A stretch of 64,000 bases of DNA, from contig OZ024741.1 of assembly GCA_964016885.1 (NCBI GenBank), forward strand, positions 254,200,001 through 254,264,000. Direction: 5' to 3'. The notes beneath the pieces were generated by a model. That model saw nothing but the letters and a program-made list of their open reading frames with translations, did not search any database and was not told where the DNA came from. The translations under genes and the position numbers were made by a program. Position 1 is the stretch's first letter, and each line of letters opens with the position of its first letter. Positions 1 to 16,000 of the stretch are shown one piece after another. The stretch is from Eledone cirrhosa. Its lineage: Eukaryota.

Positions 1-2040
<2,040 letters not shown>

Positions 2041-2329
2041 TTAAAAGTTTCCGAAAATATGTTTTAAACCTCTTCCCCACCCCATCCCCCAGAATATAGA
2101 ACCTGGCAAAGTTTTCTCTAGATAAGTTAGTTTCTTATTAAAAAATAATATATATATGAACTTGGAACTTAAAAGCAAAATAAAATTTAAAAAAAAATGT
2201 TTATGTTTATTTTTTTGTAAATTAGAACCAACATTTTATGTTTTTTTTTAAAATATTCAATTGTTTTGAAAATTTGGAAAGTAGTTCACTAACTTTCACT
2301 TATGGGTTGCTCAAAGTTTTACCCCATTT

Positions 2330-2633
2330 TTACCAAAAATTGCTAAATGCTTCAGACACACTTTCTTGTCCACAACCAGAGTCATAAACTTTCTCTCGGG
2401 TACTTTTATTATTAGCAGCATTTAAGTGTTCAGCAGAAACAAGAATTGGCAGACTTAGACTCTGTTTCAGAATAATATCTTCTCTTGACTTATGATCATG
2501 TGATGCTGGGATTCTGTAGCCCTCAGTAGCTTCAGACTGGCTGGGGTCAGGTTTCTGTAAATTACTCATGTTAGGTAACAAATAGTCCTCTGGCATGGTA
2601 ACCTTCAACTCAATACATTTAGAGGAAAATTTA
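2330..2633 (-). CDS. RTK putative last coding exon (C-terminal tail with tyrosine motifs: DYLLP, GYRIP, VYDSG)
   Basis: Acceptor tctttcag in phase 2 matches the end of exon 5107-5286; open frame to TAA at 2330; AATAAA on minus strand at ~2206-2211. Confidence 0.65.
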
Positions 2634-5600
2634 CTGAAAGACAAGATATAAATTTATTAATGGTTTCTGATTTAAGCAAAAGCCAACAATTTGTGAGGAG
2701 GAGAAGTCAATTATACAGGCTGCAGTACTTTATTGATTTATGGAAGGATGAATGACTAAGTTGATCTTCCCAGGAATTGTACTCAGAGCATAGAAAATCT
2801 TAATTAAATACCATAAAGCATTTTCTCTGATTCTCTACTGATTACTGCCAATCCATCACCCTCTGCAAAGCATTTTGTTTAATGCTCTACTGATATGGTA
2901 AATAAAATTTCTTAATAAAACACATTAGCAATGTTTGTTTATTGATGTTATAATATACCATAGAACACAGCTATGGACTTTATCTACCACTGCGTAAAAA
3001 CTAATTATCAGTCTGTTTATACAATTTTACAGTGAACAGAGAAAAAAGAAGAATTATCTGCACTATAGTTTCCCTCTCTTTATTACAGTAATTTAACTAA
3101 CCCTTTACACCCTGTAATGATTTATCAGAAAATATCTAAAAGCAGATGTTAATTCAAATGTTTATAGTATTTTTACTAGTCAACAGATTGTTGTGAACAT
3201 TTGTTGATTTAGAGTAAAGATTTTAATATTTGATATCATTTTTTTTCATTTTACGTCCACTTTTCCCTGCTTGCAAGGGTGGGACTGATATGATGCAGTC
3301 AATTATAATGTGTATACATTGTTGCTAATTGAGTTTTAACATCTTGTAAGGATTTAGCAGAAAATATCTAAAAACAAGTTTGTTAATTCAAATGTTTATA
3401 GTATCTTTACTAATGGACAGATTGCTATGGAAGCTTGCAGTCATAATACTGCTTTCTACTTTTCAAGAATATCTTGCTAGTATGATTTCATGCAGTATAG
3501 GATGATATGGGTTAATCAAACTAATGTTCAAATCAGCACACCTCATATAAATAAGGACTTACAGTAGAGGCTTCAATACTACTTAAGTGATTAGTTAAGT
3601 GAAAGACAAGTGGTTGTTGTTGAGAGCATAATAACATCTGAAACTATAATTTAGCCAATCCATTTTTTTTTTATATTCACAGTTAAATTGTAGAAACAAA
3701 TAGACAGTTATCAATGTGACGAGGCTGGATCTTTGACTTCCATGTACAATTCAGAGAGAAGAGGGAGAATTGATGCAACTACTAAACTGGTACTTTATAG
3801 ATAACAAAAAAATAAAAGATAAAATTGACTCTCAATATTCATTTTGTAACATGTAATAGAGACCTATACATTCATCCCTACTGACAATGGACGCTCCCAA
3901 CCTAAATGTCTGAAACAATTAACCCTTTTGTTATATTTGCCAGGAGTTTTGACTGGTAGGTAGTATCAGCAATGGAAAGACCAATGGAAACATTGTTTCT
4001 TTGGTCTGATTTGATGAGTTCCACCCCACTTGGTAAGTAAATGAAGTCTGGGATCTTGTCATTCAAACTATATATGTTGCCATATTTCTAATGAAATACA
4101 CGGTCTATGTGTTCCAAATAATTTTGAAAATAACCAAGAACTTAGAGGGTGTTGCTAAAATAACTAACTTTTATATTATTAACCTTTAGTATGCTAGATG
4201 GATTGCTTCTCTTGATACTGTATTAAGGAGAGATTACTCTATTGGCACTTTATGTCACCTAGAGCATGTTAAAGGTTGAATTGGTAGACTGGCAGAGTTG
4301 TTAGGGCATCAGCAAATTCTTAGCAGTATTTGATTTTTTCTCTTTACTTCACTGAGTTCAAATAATGCTGAGATTAAATTTATCTTTCATCCTCCCAGGA
4401 TTGATAAAATAGCAGTAAAGTACTGGAGTTGATAAAACTGACTTTCTCTACACATAAAATTGCTGGCCTTGTTAGAAACCATAATTAAGTTGGTATTTGA
4501 AACATATAAAGGTTCTTAAATAAAATTATGATGGAAGGTTTTTAAATAAATATATACACAAATTAAAACACTTGCTCAGATTATAAGACTAGGGAGCCAC
4601 CTTACTTCTTTCCGTGCTAAATAAATGTATCATACCAACATTTATCTACTGCAGCAACAATAATAAAGAACACCACGATGAACACAACAACAACAGCAAA
4701 AACAAAACAAGAATAGTATACAACAACAACAACAGAAACAATAAGAGAAACAGTAATAGTAACAAAACAATAACAGTAACAACATTTTCTGATTTAAGCA
4801 CGAGGTCAACAATTCAGGGGAAGGAAAAGTCAATTAAATTGACTCCAGTGCATTACTGGTACTTTATTTTATCGACTTCGTAAGGCTAAAAGGCAAAGCT
4901 AACCTCTGCAGGATTTGAACTCAGAATATAAAGGGTAGTAACTATCCTGTAAAGCATGTTGTCCGCCCCAACAACAACAGTAATAAAAACAACAATAACT
5001 GCAACAAAAATAACAACAACAATAGTAAAACAAATAACAGCAACAGTAACAATAGCAACAAGAGTGATAATAACAACAGTAACAACAACAATTTAATGTG
5101 TCTTACTTTAATTCTAATGAGGAGCTGACTGCTACAATGCCCTCTACAGAGCTTCTCTCTTCTGTAGTCTCTAACTCTAGATAACAGGTCTCTTCTTCCA
5201 TCAGTTTTTCAACAGAATGGCGTAGTTCTGAAAAGCCAGGTCGCAGGTTTGGTTCCCTGTGCCAGCATGCGTTCATTATTGAATAACTGTAAATAAAGAC
5301 AAATTACAACTCACATCACAAATGTAACAACTGTAACACATTCATGTCACTCACATCACAAATGTAACAACTGTAACACATTCATGTCACTCACATCACA
5401 AATGTAACAACTGTAACACATTCATGTCACTCACATCACAAATGTAAAATCAACATAAAAATACTCATGTCCCTCACATCACCAATGTAAAACAACTGTA
5501 ACTCACTCATGTTACTCACATCAGTAATGTAACAACTATGTCACTCATGTCACAACTGTAACATCAACTATAACACACTCATATCACAAATATATCACAC

Positions 5601-8600
5601 CAACTGCAACACACTTGTGACATGCAAATCACAAATGTAACAACTGTAACAAATTCATGTCAGTCACATCACAAGTATATCACAACTGTAACACACACTT
5701 GTCACTCATGTCCCAACGTAAAAAATGGAACATAAATTCCAACACACACATGTTATATCAAATATATCACATCAACTATAACACAATTGTGACACACAAA
5801 TCACAAATGTAACAACTGTAACACATTCATGTCAGTCACATCATAAATATATCACAACTGTAACACACACGTCACAATTATAACATCAACTGTAACTCAC
5901 TCATATCACTTGAAAAATGTAAAAATGTAACATCAACTTTAACACACTTGTCACTCATGTCACAAATATCACACAACTGTAACACTCTTGTCACTCGTAT
6001 CACAAATATCACCTAACTGTAACACGTTACTCACATCAGTAATGTAACAGCAATGTAACACATTCAAGTTACTCACATCAATAATGTAATAGCAACTGTA
6101 ACACACTTATGTCACTCACATCACAAATATAGCACGCACATACCACTGACATAACACATGTAAACATATTTTGTATTTTATGTCATGATTTTGTTCATAT
6201 ACAACTATTATCTCTTCACACATTATCACTTTACAACACATACACTATACTTTGCACACAAATATCACTTCACACACAGGCACTAACATACAACACACAT
6301 TATCACTTCACACACACAAACATTATCATATCACACAAATACATTATCATTTTACACATTGCAAATACTATAACTTCATTCATACATTATCATTTCAGAC
6401 AAATATTATCATCATAGATTATACTATTGATACTATCAATGTGTACACAATGATACCATCACTTCACCTATATGCATTATCACTTCAGCTACATTATCAT
6501 TTTCTACACAAACATGATAACTTCACACACAAACATTATCATTTCATACACAGACATTATCACATCCTTCCTTCATCTGGTGAATTATCTCCCAGAAATA
6601 AAACAATACATACAGTTTTGGTGGACAGTTAGGAGGAATGGTCAAGCGATATCCTTGCTCTAGGGACTGATATAGTTCAAGGCCATTTAAACCAGGGTAA
6701 GGGCAACTACCAAAGGAAGTTACCTCCCATATCACCACACCAAATGACCACCTAAAATGAGATAGATACATTGAAATAACTGATATTTACAATCCTCTAC
6801 ATTAAAGCTTTCAACATTTTCACATATGCAACATATTTTTAAAAAATACGATTTTTCATGACACGGGAAGTTTTGTTGGTGACACAAGATTGATAAACTG
6901 GCAAGTAAATATTATGTTTTGTGTCATATTCATGTCTAATTTATTCTAAGCAAAGTTGTTAGATGTCAAATAATTATCAGATTCTGCTTAATTGTGTAAA
7001 TAAATTAGACATTATCTGTGGCACACAAAAGTGTTGTAAAACAGATTGAAAACCTCTGTTCTATTTTCAATATTTCTGCTGCAGATATTATCAAGAGAAG
7101 AGGTGGGCAATGAGATCGTGTTGCATTTATCAATAATATACAATTTCAACATCACCCCTATATATCATCATCATTTTACATCTACTTTTCCCTGCTTGCA
7201 AGGGTTGGACGGGTCCTATTCAGCACAGCATCACTCCACTTGTCACGGCCCTTCGTCATCTGTTGTACTTTTCCGAGGCACAAAACCAAACTGCATCTCA
7301 TCTAATTTGACCCTTTCTCTAATCAGTTGCACTAATATTCTCTCTGCCACTTTCATAACCTGATCCATCAGCTTTATGCCCCTATAATTGCTCCTCTCTA
7401 GAGCATCCCCTTTGGAGCAATTTATGAGAATACTGCTGCACCAGTCCTTGGGTATGACACCACCATATATAACTTGATTGATGATGCGTGCAACCAGTTT
7501 AATGCCTACTTCACCTGATGCCTTCAGCATCTCAGCAACTATCCCCGATGGTCCAGCAGCCTTACCATTCTTCATTTCTTTAATTACCTCTTGTACCCTA
7601 TATTCATCAATCTCAATAGCTGGTCCCTCTGTTGGGTCTACTGAGGGTAATTTCTCTCTGTCCCATTCATTCTCCACATTCATCAGATTCTCATAGTGAC
7701 ATTTCCAGGCCTCCTTTTTTTTATCATTCGTGATCATTCCGGACACACTTATCTCCAACAACATCCTAATTTGCACTGACACACTGCCTTGCATTGCGGA
7801 ACACCTCATGTCTCTGATCTTCCCATCGCAGAACATTGGCAAGCCTCCTACTCTCAGCTTCCCTGCGTGCTAAGTACGCCTGATGTCTAGCTTCTCTCTT
7901 AGTGGCTGTGTATCCTTCCCTACGCCCACCATTTTTCCAAGCCTTCCATGCCAGTATTTTGTCTCTAATGGCCCTATCTACCATGCTGTTCCACCACCAG
8001 TTCACTTTCTGTCTGGTTGAAGCTCTGCCCCAGCCACAAATTTCTTCAGTAGCCTGCAGTAAGTTGTCACGTAAGAAATTCCAGTTATCATCTATGTCAT
8101 ACAACTCTAAATCGTCTTATTTTTCATCATACACGTCTTGAAGGGCTTTGCTAAATTTATATTTTAGTGAAAGGTTTTTTAGCTTCCAGGCCTTTCTTTT
8201 CCACACCTTCCTGCATGTTTCATTCTTTCTCATGCTTACTGAGATGTCACTGATGACTAACCTATGCCGTGGGGTACATTCTTCCCCAGGGTATGCCTTA
8301 GTATTTGACACCATCTGTCTGTCTCTCTGTCTATCTAGCAGGAAGTCAATCTGGCTTATGTGCTCGCCTGATTTGTAGGTTATTAGGTGGTTGGTAGGCT
8401 TCTGGAAGTTAGTGTTGCAAATGGTTAGTGCATTTGCATCACAAAATTCAAGAAGCCTCACTCCTTCTTCATTTCTTGAGCCGTAACCGTGCCAACCATG
8501 TACCCCAGTGTATCCATCCTGGAGCTGTCCAACATGTCCATTGAAGTCTCCTGCTAGCATAACGATGTCTCTGTCCTCTGTCATTGAGGCTGACTGTAAA

Positions 8601-10963
8601 AGTTGCTCGTAAAAGCAATCTTTCTCTTCTTTACCAAGGCCTGCTTGGGGAGCATAGGCAGAGATGATTGTCAGTAGTCTCTTGCCTACAACTAATCTAA
8701 GAGTAATTATTCTATCACTAACTCTAACTACCTCTATTGTCTTATTGATCCACCTCTCAGCCTGTAATATGCCCACCCCACCTAACCCATCATCATTACC
8801 CACCCAGAAAAGCTTATAACTACAATGTTTGCCTGCAATTAGTCTTGCAGAGGCACCTCTCCATCTCACCTCTTGCACACAGCACACATCCACATGCTTT
8901 CTCTCCAGCATCTTCGCTATCTCACCAGATCTACCTGTTAGAATGCCAACATTAAGTGTGGCAACTCTGAGATGCGACGTCCCGTTCTTTTTCCTGTTGT
9001 GCGATTGCTTGATGACGGTTGTGGGGTTCTCACACATGGCCTCACTAGCCACTTCATTACCATGCGCAGCCCTGACATGGTTAGTGTTATTGCTGTTTAT
9101 GCAGTTGTTTTTGTGCGATTGCTTGATGATGGTCAGGGGGTTCTCGCACATGGCCACACCAGCCACCCCACTACCGTGCACAGCCCTAACATGGTTAGTG
9201 TTATTGATGTTTACGCAGTTGTTGCAAATTTCAATCGTTGTGTTCATAGTGTTTGGCAGTAGTATATATACTGGTTGGATGCCCTTCCTAACACCACCAC
9301 CACTTTACAGCAGGGACTGGGTGCTTTTATTCGTGCCACCAGTACTAGAGAGATCGTCTTACTGGACTCAGGGGCCCTATCCACCCCTCCATTTTACAGC
9401 ATGGACTGGGTGCTTTTATTCATGCCACCAGCACTAGAGAGGATGTCTTACTATCCATATTCTTTTTCTTTTTACTTTTTCAGTCATTAGACTGTGGCCA
9501 TGATGGGGCAGCACCTTCAAGGATTTTTGTTTATCATACCAATCCCAGTAGTTATTTCCACCTGGTACTTATTTCATACATCTGTTTGTCAAATGGCTAT
9601 TTTATGGGATATCAAAGGACGCGCAAATAAACAATAATACTAATTTTAGACCACAAACATAAACACAAAAACATACATACATGTACAGGCATTGCTTGTA
9701 AATGTTGCCTCTAAAAGATTTCCATCCATAAAGTGGTTTTTGTTATGAAAAAACTGGATTTATAATGGCTAACACTTAACTTCTTTAGTCTTTGTTAAGG
9801 TTTATTACTTGCTTCAATCAATCATCATCACCGTTTAACATCCATTTTTCCACACTGGCATGGGTTAGACGAAGTATCCTATTGTGAGCAATGTCAGGTC
9901 AGTTGACCATGTCATGCTCATACACAATCAATTCTGGCTTGGTTTCTACAGCTGAATACCCTTCCTAATGCCAACCTCAATTACAGTGAGTACTGGATGC
10001 TTTCTGTCGTGACACCCACACAACCACTTTACAGTGTGGACTAGGTGCCTTTTGCTGTGGCACCTACATGCCCACTTTACAGTGTGGGCTTGACATTTTT
10101 TGTCATGTTGCCATCACAACCAATGTACAGTCTGGCTGGAGGCTTCACTGGATGTATACTACAGCTTGTCTTCATGGGAGATGTATGGAAGGGGGTGGGG
10201 TGGTGTATACTATACATATGCTTCAGCTTCGGCCAGTGCTTGTGGTAAGTCGAGTTTTCTGTATTACTGTATAACACCAGAGATCTCGGTCCTGTGTCAT
10301 CACCTTTGCAATTAGGCAAGGTCAATTTTTATCACCTCGTCCTAATCAATATAGTTAAATATTAGATATCATAGCCACAAAAGATTCATTAGTTAGGATT
10401 TAGAAAAACCCTACTACGATAATTCAAACAAACATCAGCATTTGAAGATCTTTCCAACCTACTACCTATACAAGCACAAAAGCAGAGAAAGAAGTGTCTC
10501 AGTAAATTTACTCACACATCACTTTTCACAGTAAATATTTGGTCTTTTAGTGTTTCAATGGCCATCCACTTATAAGGAAGCTTCTGTCGGGTTTTCAGGT
10601 GATAAAGGTCACTCTCATAAACATCCCTAGCCAATCCAAAATCAGATAGTTTTACCAAATAATGTGAAGAGACCAGGACATTGCGGGCTGCTAGGTCTCT
10701 GTGGATAATTTTCTGGTCAGACAAATACTCCTAAATATAAACAGATGAAGAAGAATGAGGGAGTTATTTAGGAGATGGAATCTTATTTTTAACATCACCA
10801 AAAAAGCAAACGAATCTGAAATATTCTACTAGTAGATAATATGCAAGTATGAACTTCTAATGGAGTCATAAGAGTACCATAGTGACATACATTGTATCTT
10901 GAGCATTTAAACTTGGCAGAGCCCATCCCTCTCCAGGTCTAAACATAGCCGATTTCTTCCAGG

Positions 10964-11062
<99 letters not shown>

Positions 11063-12981
11063 GGGAGTGAGAAAGAGATATAGAGGAAAAATCAGCCCCA
11101 CAAATCAGACTGATACTTTTTTATCGATCTCAAAAGGAAGAAAGGCAAAGTTGACTTTGGTAGATTTGAACTCAGAATGCAGAGAACTGGAACAAGTCCT
11201 ATAAAGCACTCCATCTGATGTTTCAATCACTCAGTCAATTCACTGCCTTTGAAGATAAATAACCCAATAATAACTCACCATTCCAATAGCAATCTGTCGA
11301 ATGTAAGAAAGCATTGTAGTAAATGTCATTTCTGGAAATTCTAGAGAAAGAAAAGAAGAAATTAGTCAAGTTACCTTGTGAGAATCTTGTCAATAAATAA
11401 TTATATGATAAGAACTAAATTTAGTGGTTAGTTATAGAAACACTGGATACTATAGTACTGTTACTTCAAAAAAAATGCCCCCCCCCCCCCAGCTAAATAA
11501 GATGAACAGACAACTGCATCTCAACCTCATCAGCCACTTGGTTGGTGTGCAATTTCATGCATTAAGATAATATTGCACTTGTAATGCCAGTTTTCACAAC
11601 AGACTGGAGAACAGCTCAGTTGGTAAGATGCATATATGATGATAACAAAACAAAGAATGGATAGGAAAATTTATGAGTATTTTTGAGATAAATACATAAA
11701 AATATTATGACTAGAAATATAGAGACAATAGATTTAATACATAAAATGAGCAACATACCAATGCTGGAAGAAAGGAAAAAAATCTGTTGACTTTCATCAA
11801 AAGATTGTGGTTGAATGGTGGAGCTTAACAAAAGAAGTTCTGCTTCCTACCAAATTTGTGAGATAAAAGACAAAGGGATTGAATGAAGAGGAAGAGAAGG
11901 AAGAATATGAGAGAGCGATAGTGAGAGAAACAAGGAGGGGGTGGAAGAGAGGGAAAGAGAGAGGGTGAAAGAGAGAAAATAAAGACGAAGGAGGGAGTTT
12001 TAGTTATTAAGAAATTTCATGTCACATTGTATATACAAGCCTTCCAGTGGTAGGGGGCTTTGGGGACATAAGCCCCCCCCCCCCCCCCCAGTAAATTGTT
12101 TCAATTGGTTTTACTACACTGATTTTCTATTGACTCTAAATATGTTAGTCTGACAACTGACTTGGTAAACACCCACAAAATTATTAACCATCTTGCCAAC
12201 AACAACCCATAGCCCCTTTTTGAATTCCATATGTCTAACACCTGTGGACATGCCTACAAAGTCAGAAAACAGCATAGCTCCCATAACTTTTGGAAACATG
12301 TTTTCACACTCAGAGTTGCTGAAGCATGGAACAAACTACCTGCATCAGTTGTTAGCTGTCGAGACACTGCATCCTTCAAAACTTCCATGCTTCCCGAAAT
12401 TCGCCAACACTACACCTGATATTCTCCCTCCATTCACACACACACATATGTATCTGTTGTATATCATGACACATACACTGTTCACTTTCCTGAGATTTTT
12501 ACATTATTCTATGTACTATACATACACCTTTTCTGAGTTGTAGTGCACCTGAGCACTGTACACAATAAGTTCATTATTATTATTATCATGTTTTTAATTT
12601 CTTTCTTAGTGTCGTATTGGTGATAAAAAAGCCTGAGCTTAATAATAATAATAATAATAATAATACACATGCACAATATATATACTAAGCCCCTCTATCC
12701 AAAAACTGTAATGGATGCTCTGATTTATATATAATTATGACTATCAATTGCCTTAACTTGAATGCTTGAATGTAAATAGATCTAGAACAAACCAAAATTA
12801 TTCATGAGCTTAAGTAAACACAATCCAAACACATGCCATTCAAGGAAAAATAAAAATTGCACCTGTCCTTCAAAACCATATTCCAACCATCAACCAGTAT
12901 TAATTACTGGTACGAGGGTGACGGACATTATCTGGCTGCAGCTGTCATATGATGCAGTTTCTGTAATAATCTGTATATAAT

Positions 12982-13039
<58 letters not shown>

Positions 13040-16000
13040 CTTTCAGAAGGTCATTTCTTTCTGTCTCTTGATTATTCTGATAGTGATGCTGGGTGGTGCA
13101 GGTGGCAGTGTGGGGTTTCTATGAAAGAGATTAAATAGGAAACATTGGGAAACAGATAAAAAGGGGAGTAGTAGAGAAGCAAGGTGGAGAGAGAGAGGGG
13201 AGAGAGAGTAACAGAGAAGTAACGTGAAGAGAAAGGGAAACAGATAGGCAGACAGAAATATTCAACACACAAACACATACATGTACACAAACATATGAAC
13301 ATAAACTAATTCATATACATACAAAAAAAACAAAACAAAACAAAAAACTAAAAAACAACAACACAACCACATGATAGTGCCAATATGGAAACTCCTTCAT
13401 GGTCACTAGACCTGCTTAATACCATTCTGATCAAACACTGTTTTTTTTTTAAACTGGGAGGATGCATTATATAATGTATATCTGAAAGAAAGACAGGATG
13501 GCCTCAGATGGAAGATCTTTCATTAAAGGTTTCTCCTTGCACCTCATACTCCCACCCCAGGAGAACCTAGAACTAAATAACAACAACCACAGAAAGAAAG
13601 ACAAAATCTCACAATATGCATACATACATACACAAAAACACAAACACATTCACTCACACATCATCATCATCATCACTGTTTTACGTCCGTTCTTCCACGC
13701 TAGCATGGGTTAGACGGGTTGTCCTGTTGTGGGCAGTGTCCGGTCCGCTGATCTTGTCTTGCTCATACGGGAACTGATTCTGGCTTGATTTCTACAGCTG
13801 GATGCCTTTCCTAACACCAACCTCATTTACAGTGAGTGCTGGGTGCTTTTTTTTTGTGGTGCCTACACGTCCACTTTACAGTGTGGTCTGGGTGCTTTTT
13901 TGCCATGGTACCTCCATGACTACTTTTCGTGGGAGGGTGTGGGGGCATATTGTCTATATGCTTCAGCTTTGGCTTGTACCCGTGGGGGGTCGGGTCTTCT
14001 GTATTACTGCGTGACACCAGAGGTCACGGTCATGTGTCATCGCCTTTGAGAGGTGTAATTGGGTAAGGTCGGCTTTTATCACCTCATCCCAGGTCTTCTT
14101 TGGTCTTCTTGGGTTTCCCCACTCCGTGGTTTCCATCGACTTCTAGTGCTCTGCACCTTTTTATGCAGCTGTCATCCTTCATACGCATCACATGTTCATA
14201 CCAGCGCAACCGCCTCTCCTGCACACACCATTTGATTCCTCTTATGCTCAGTCTCTCTCTCAATTCATTTATGCTTTGGCGTTCGCGTATATTACTATTA
14301 CACATCCATCGGAGCATGCAGGCTTCGTTTCTTTCTAATCTACGCAAGTCTTCCACAGTCAGCGCCCAGGTCTCATTACCATGTAACATTGCCGTTTTTA
14401 TACACGCACCATATAGTCTGCCTTTCATTTTGAGGGAAAAGCCTTTTGCAGCTAGCAGTGGCAGTAGCTCCCTGAACTTCTTCCATCCCGTTCTTACCCT
14501 AGTTATTGTACTTTGCGAACACCCACCTCTGCTGCTAATTCAGTCACCTAAGTAGCAGAAGCTGTCTACTGTTTCTACAGAGCCCTCCCAGAGTTTGGTG
14601 GTGCTTGTTTCCTCTGGCTGTTAGCTGCTTGCTGTCCCAGCACAGCTGCTACATGTGAAGCCTACATTCTTAGTTAAGCTTCCTGAGATCCCACTACATC
14701 TCTTGTGTACCCATTGTTTGCATTTGGGGAAGAGAATGGAGTTCCTACCTACACCTTTCCTACATACCAAGCAAGGCCATCTCCCTGAGGGGATCTGGGT
14801 CCTGTTTCTCATCTATTTACAAGGACCTTAGTCTTTGTCAGGTTGACTTTGAGACCCCTTCTTTCTAGTCCCTGCTTCCAAGTTTGGAATTTCTTCTCTA
14901 GTTCTACCATAGATTCAGCTATAAGTGCGAAGTCATCTGCATATAGGAGTTTCCATGCGCATCCGGTCTTAAACTCCTCTGTTATTGCCTGCAGGACTAT
15001 GATGAACAGGAGAGGGCTAAGAACAGAGCCCTGGTGGACACCAACCTGTATGCTAAATTCCTCGCTATACTCATTGCTAATCCTAACTTTGCTGACTGCT
15101 CCCCTATACATGGCTTGTACAGCTTTCACAAGCCATTCATCTACTCCTAGTTTTCTAAGAGTCCACCAGATTATAGCACGGGGAACTCTGTCAAAGGCTT
15201 TATCGAGATCAACGAATGCCAGGTAGAGTGGCCTTACTTTTAACTAGGTACTTTTCCTGTAACTGCCTCACAAGGAAGAGGGCATCAGTGGTGCCTATAT
15301 AAACACATGCACACAAAGACACACAAACACATATATATGCATCCCTACAAAGCACACATACAATACAATCACTGCAGTTAAAAGAAACCCTGTGATGGAA
15401 ATTTTCTGATTTGTGTTGTCTTTTTATGAGAGACATACACACAAATTGAATTAATACCTGAAAGTGAAAACTGGTTGTGAACTTTCTCAGGTAGTTCTGT
15501 AAATCCCAGGCAATCCCAACTCAGTTTCATCTCTGCTATATGTGATAGGAACGTGGAGAACCACCTTTACCACCATGAAGAAAATATAGATGTTCATCTA
15601 CAGATGCTTCAGGAAAATTCTTCAGATTTGCTGACCAGACATGATTAATAACCACGTGTAGGAGTCATGATAAAAAGTGTTCAATCCACACTGTAAAGTG
15701 GTCATGTTGGTGACATCACAAAAGTATCCAGTCCCTACTGTAAAGTGGTTGTGTAGGTGTCATGATAAAAAGTGTCCAATCCACACTGTAAAGTGGTCAT
15801 GTTGGTGACATCACAAAAAGTGTCCAGTCCCTACTGTAAAGTGGTTGTGTAGGTGTCACGATAAAAAGCACCTAGCACATACTGTAAATGTAGTTGCTAT
15901 TAGGAAAGGCCTCCAGTTGTAGAAACCAGGCCAAGTGAGTGAAACATAGTCCTCCGACCGGATCTCTCACAAAGAGACAGCCCGTCATACACATGCTAGC

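Noticed and set aside
4614-5095. Asn-rich / Cys-rich ORFs
   Set aside because: Degenerate (AAC)n/(AAT)n microsatellite around a SINE fragment
7243-15295. One RTE split in two (both pieces break near the 'TTD' motif)
   Set aside because: The pieces are in the wrong order for the strand, each has its own 3' tail, and they appear to be different subfamilies; treated as coincidence
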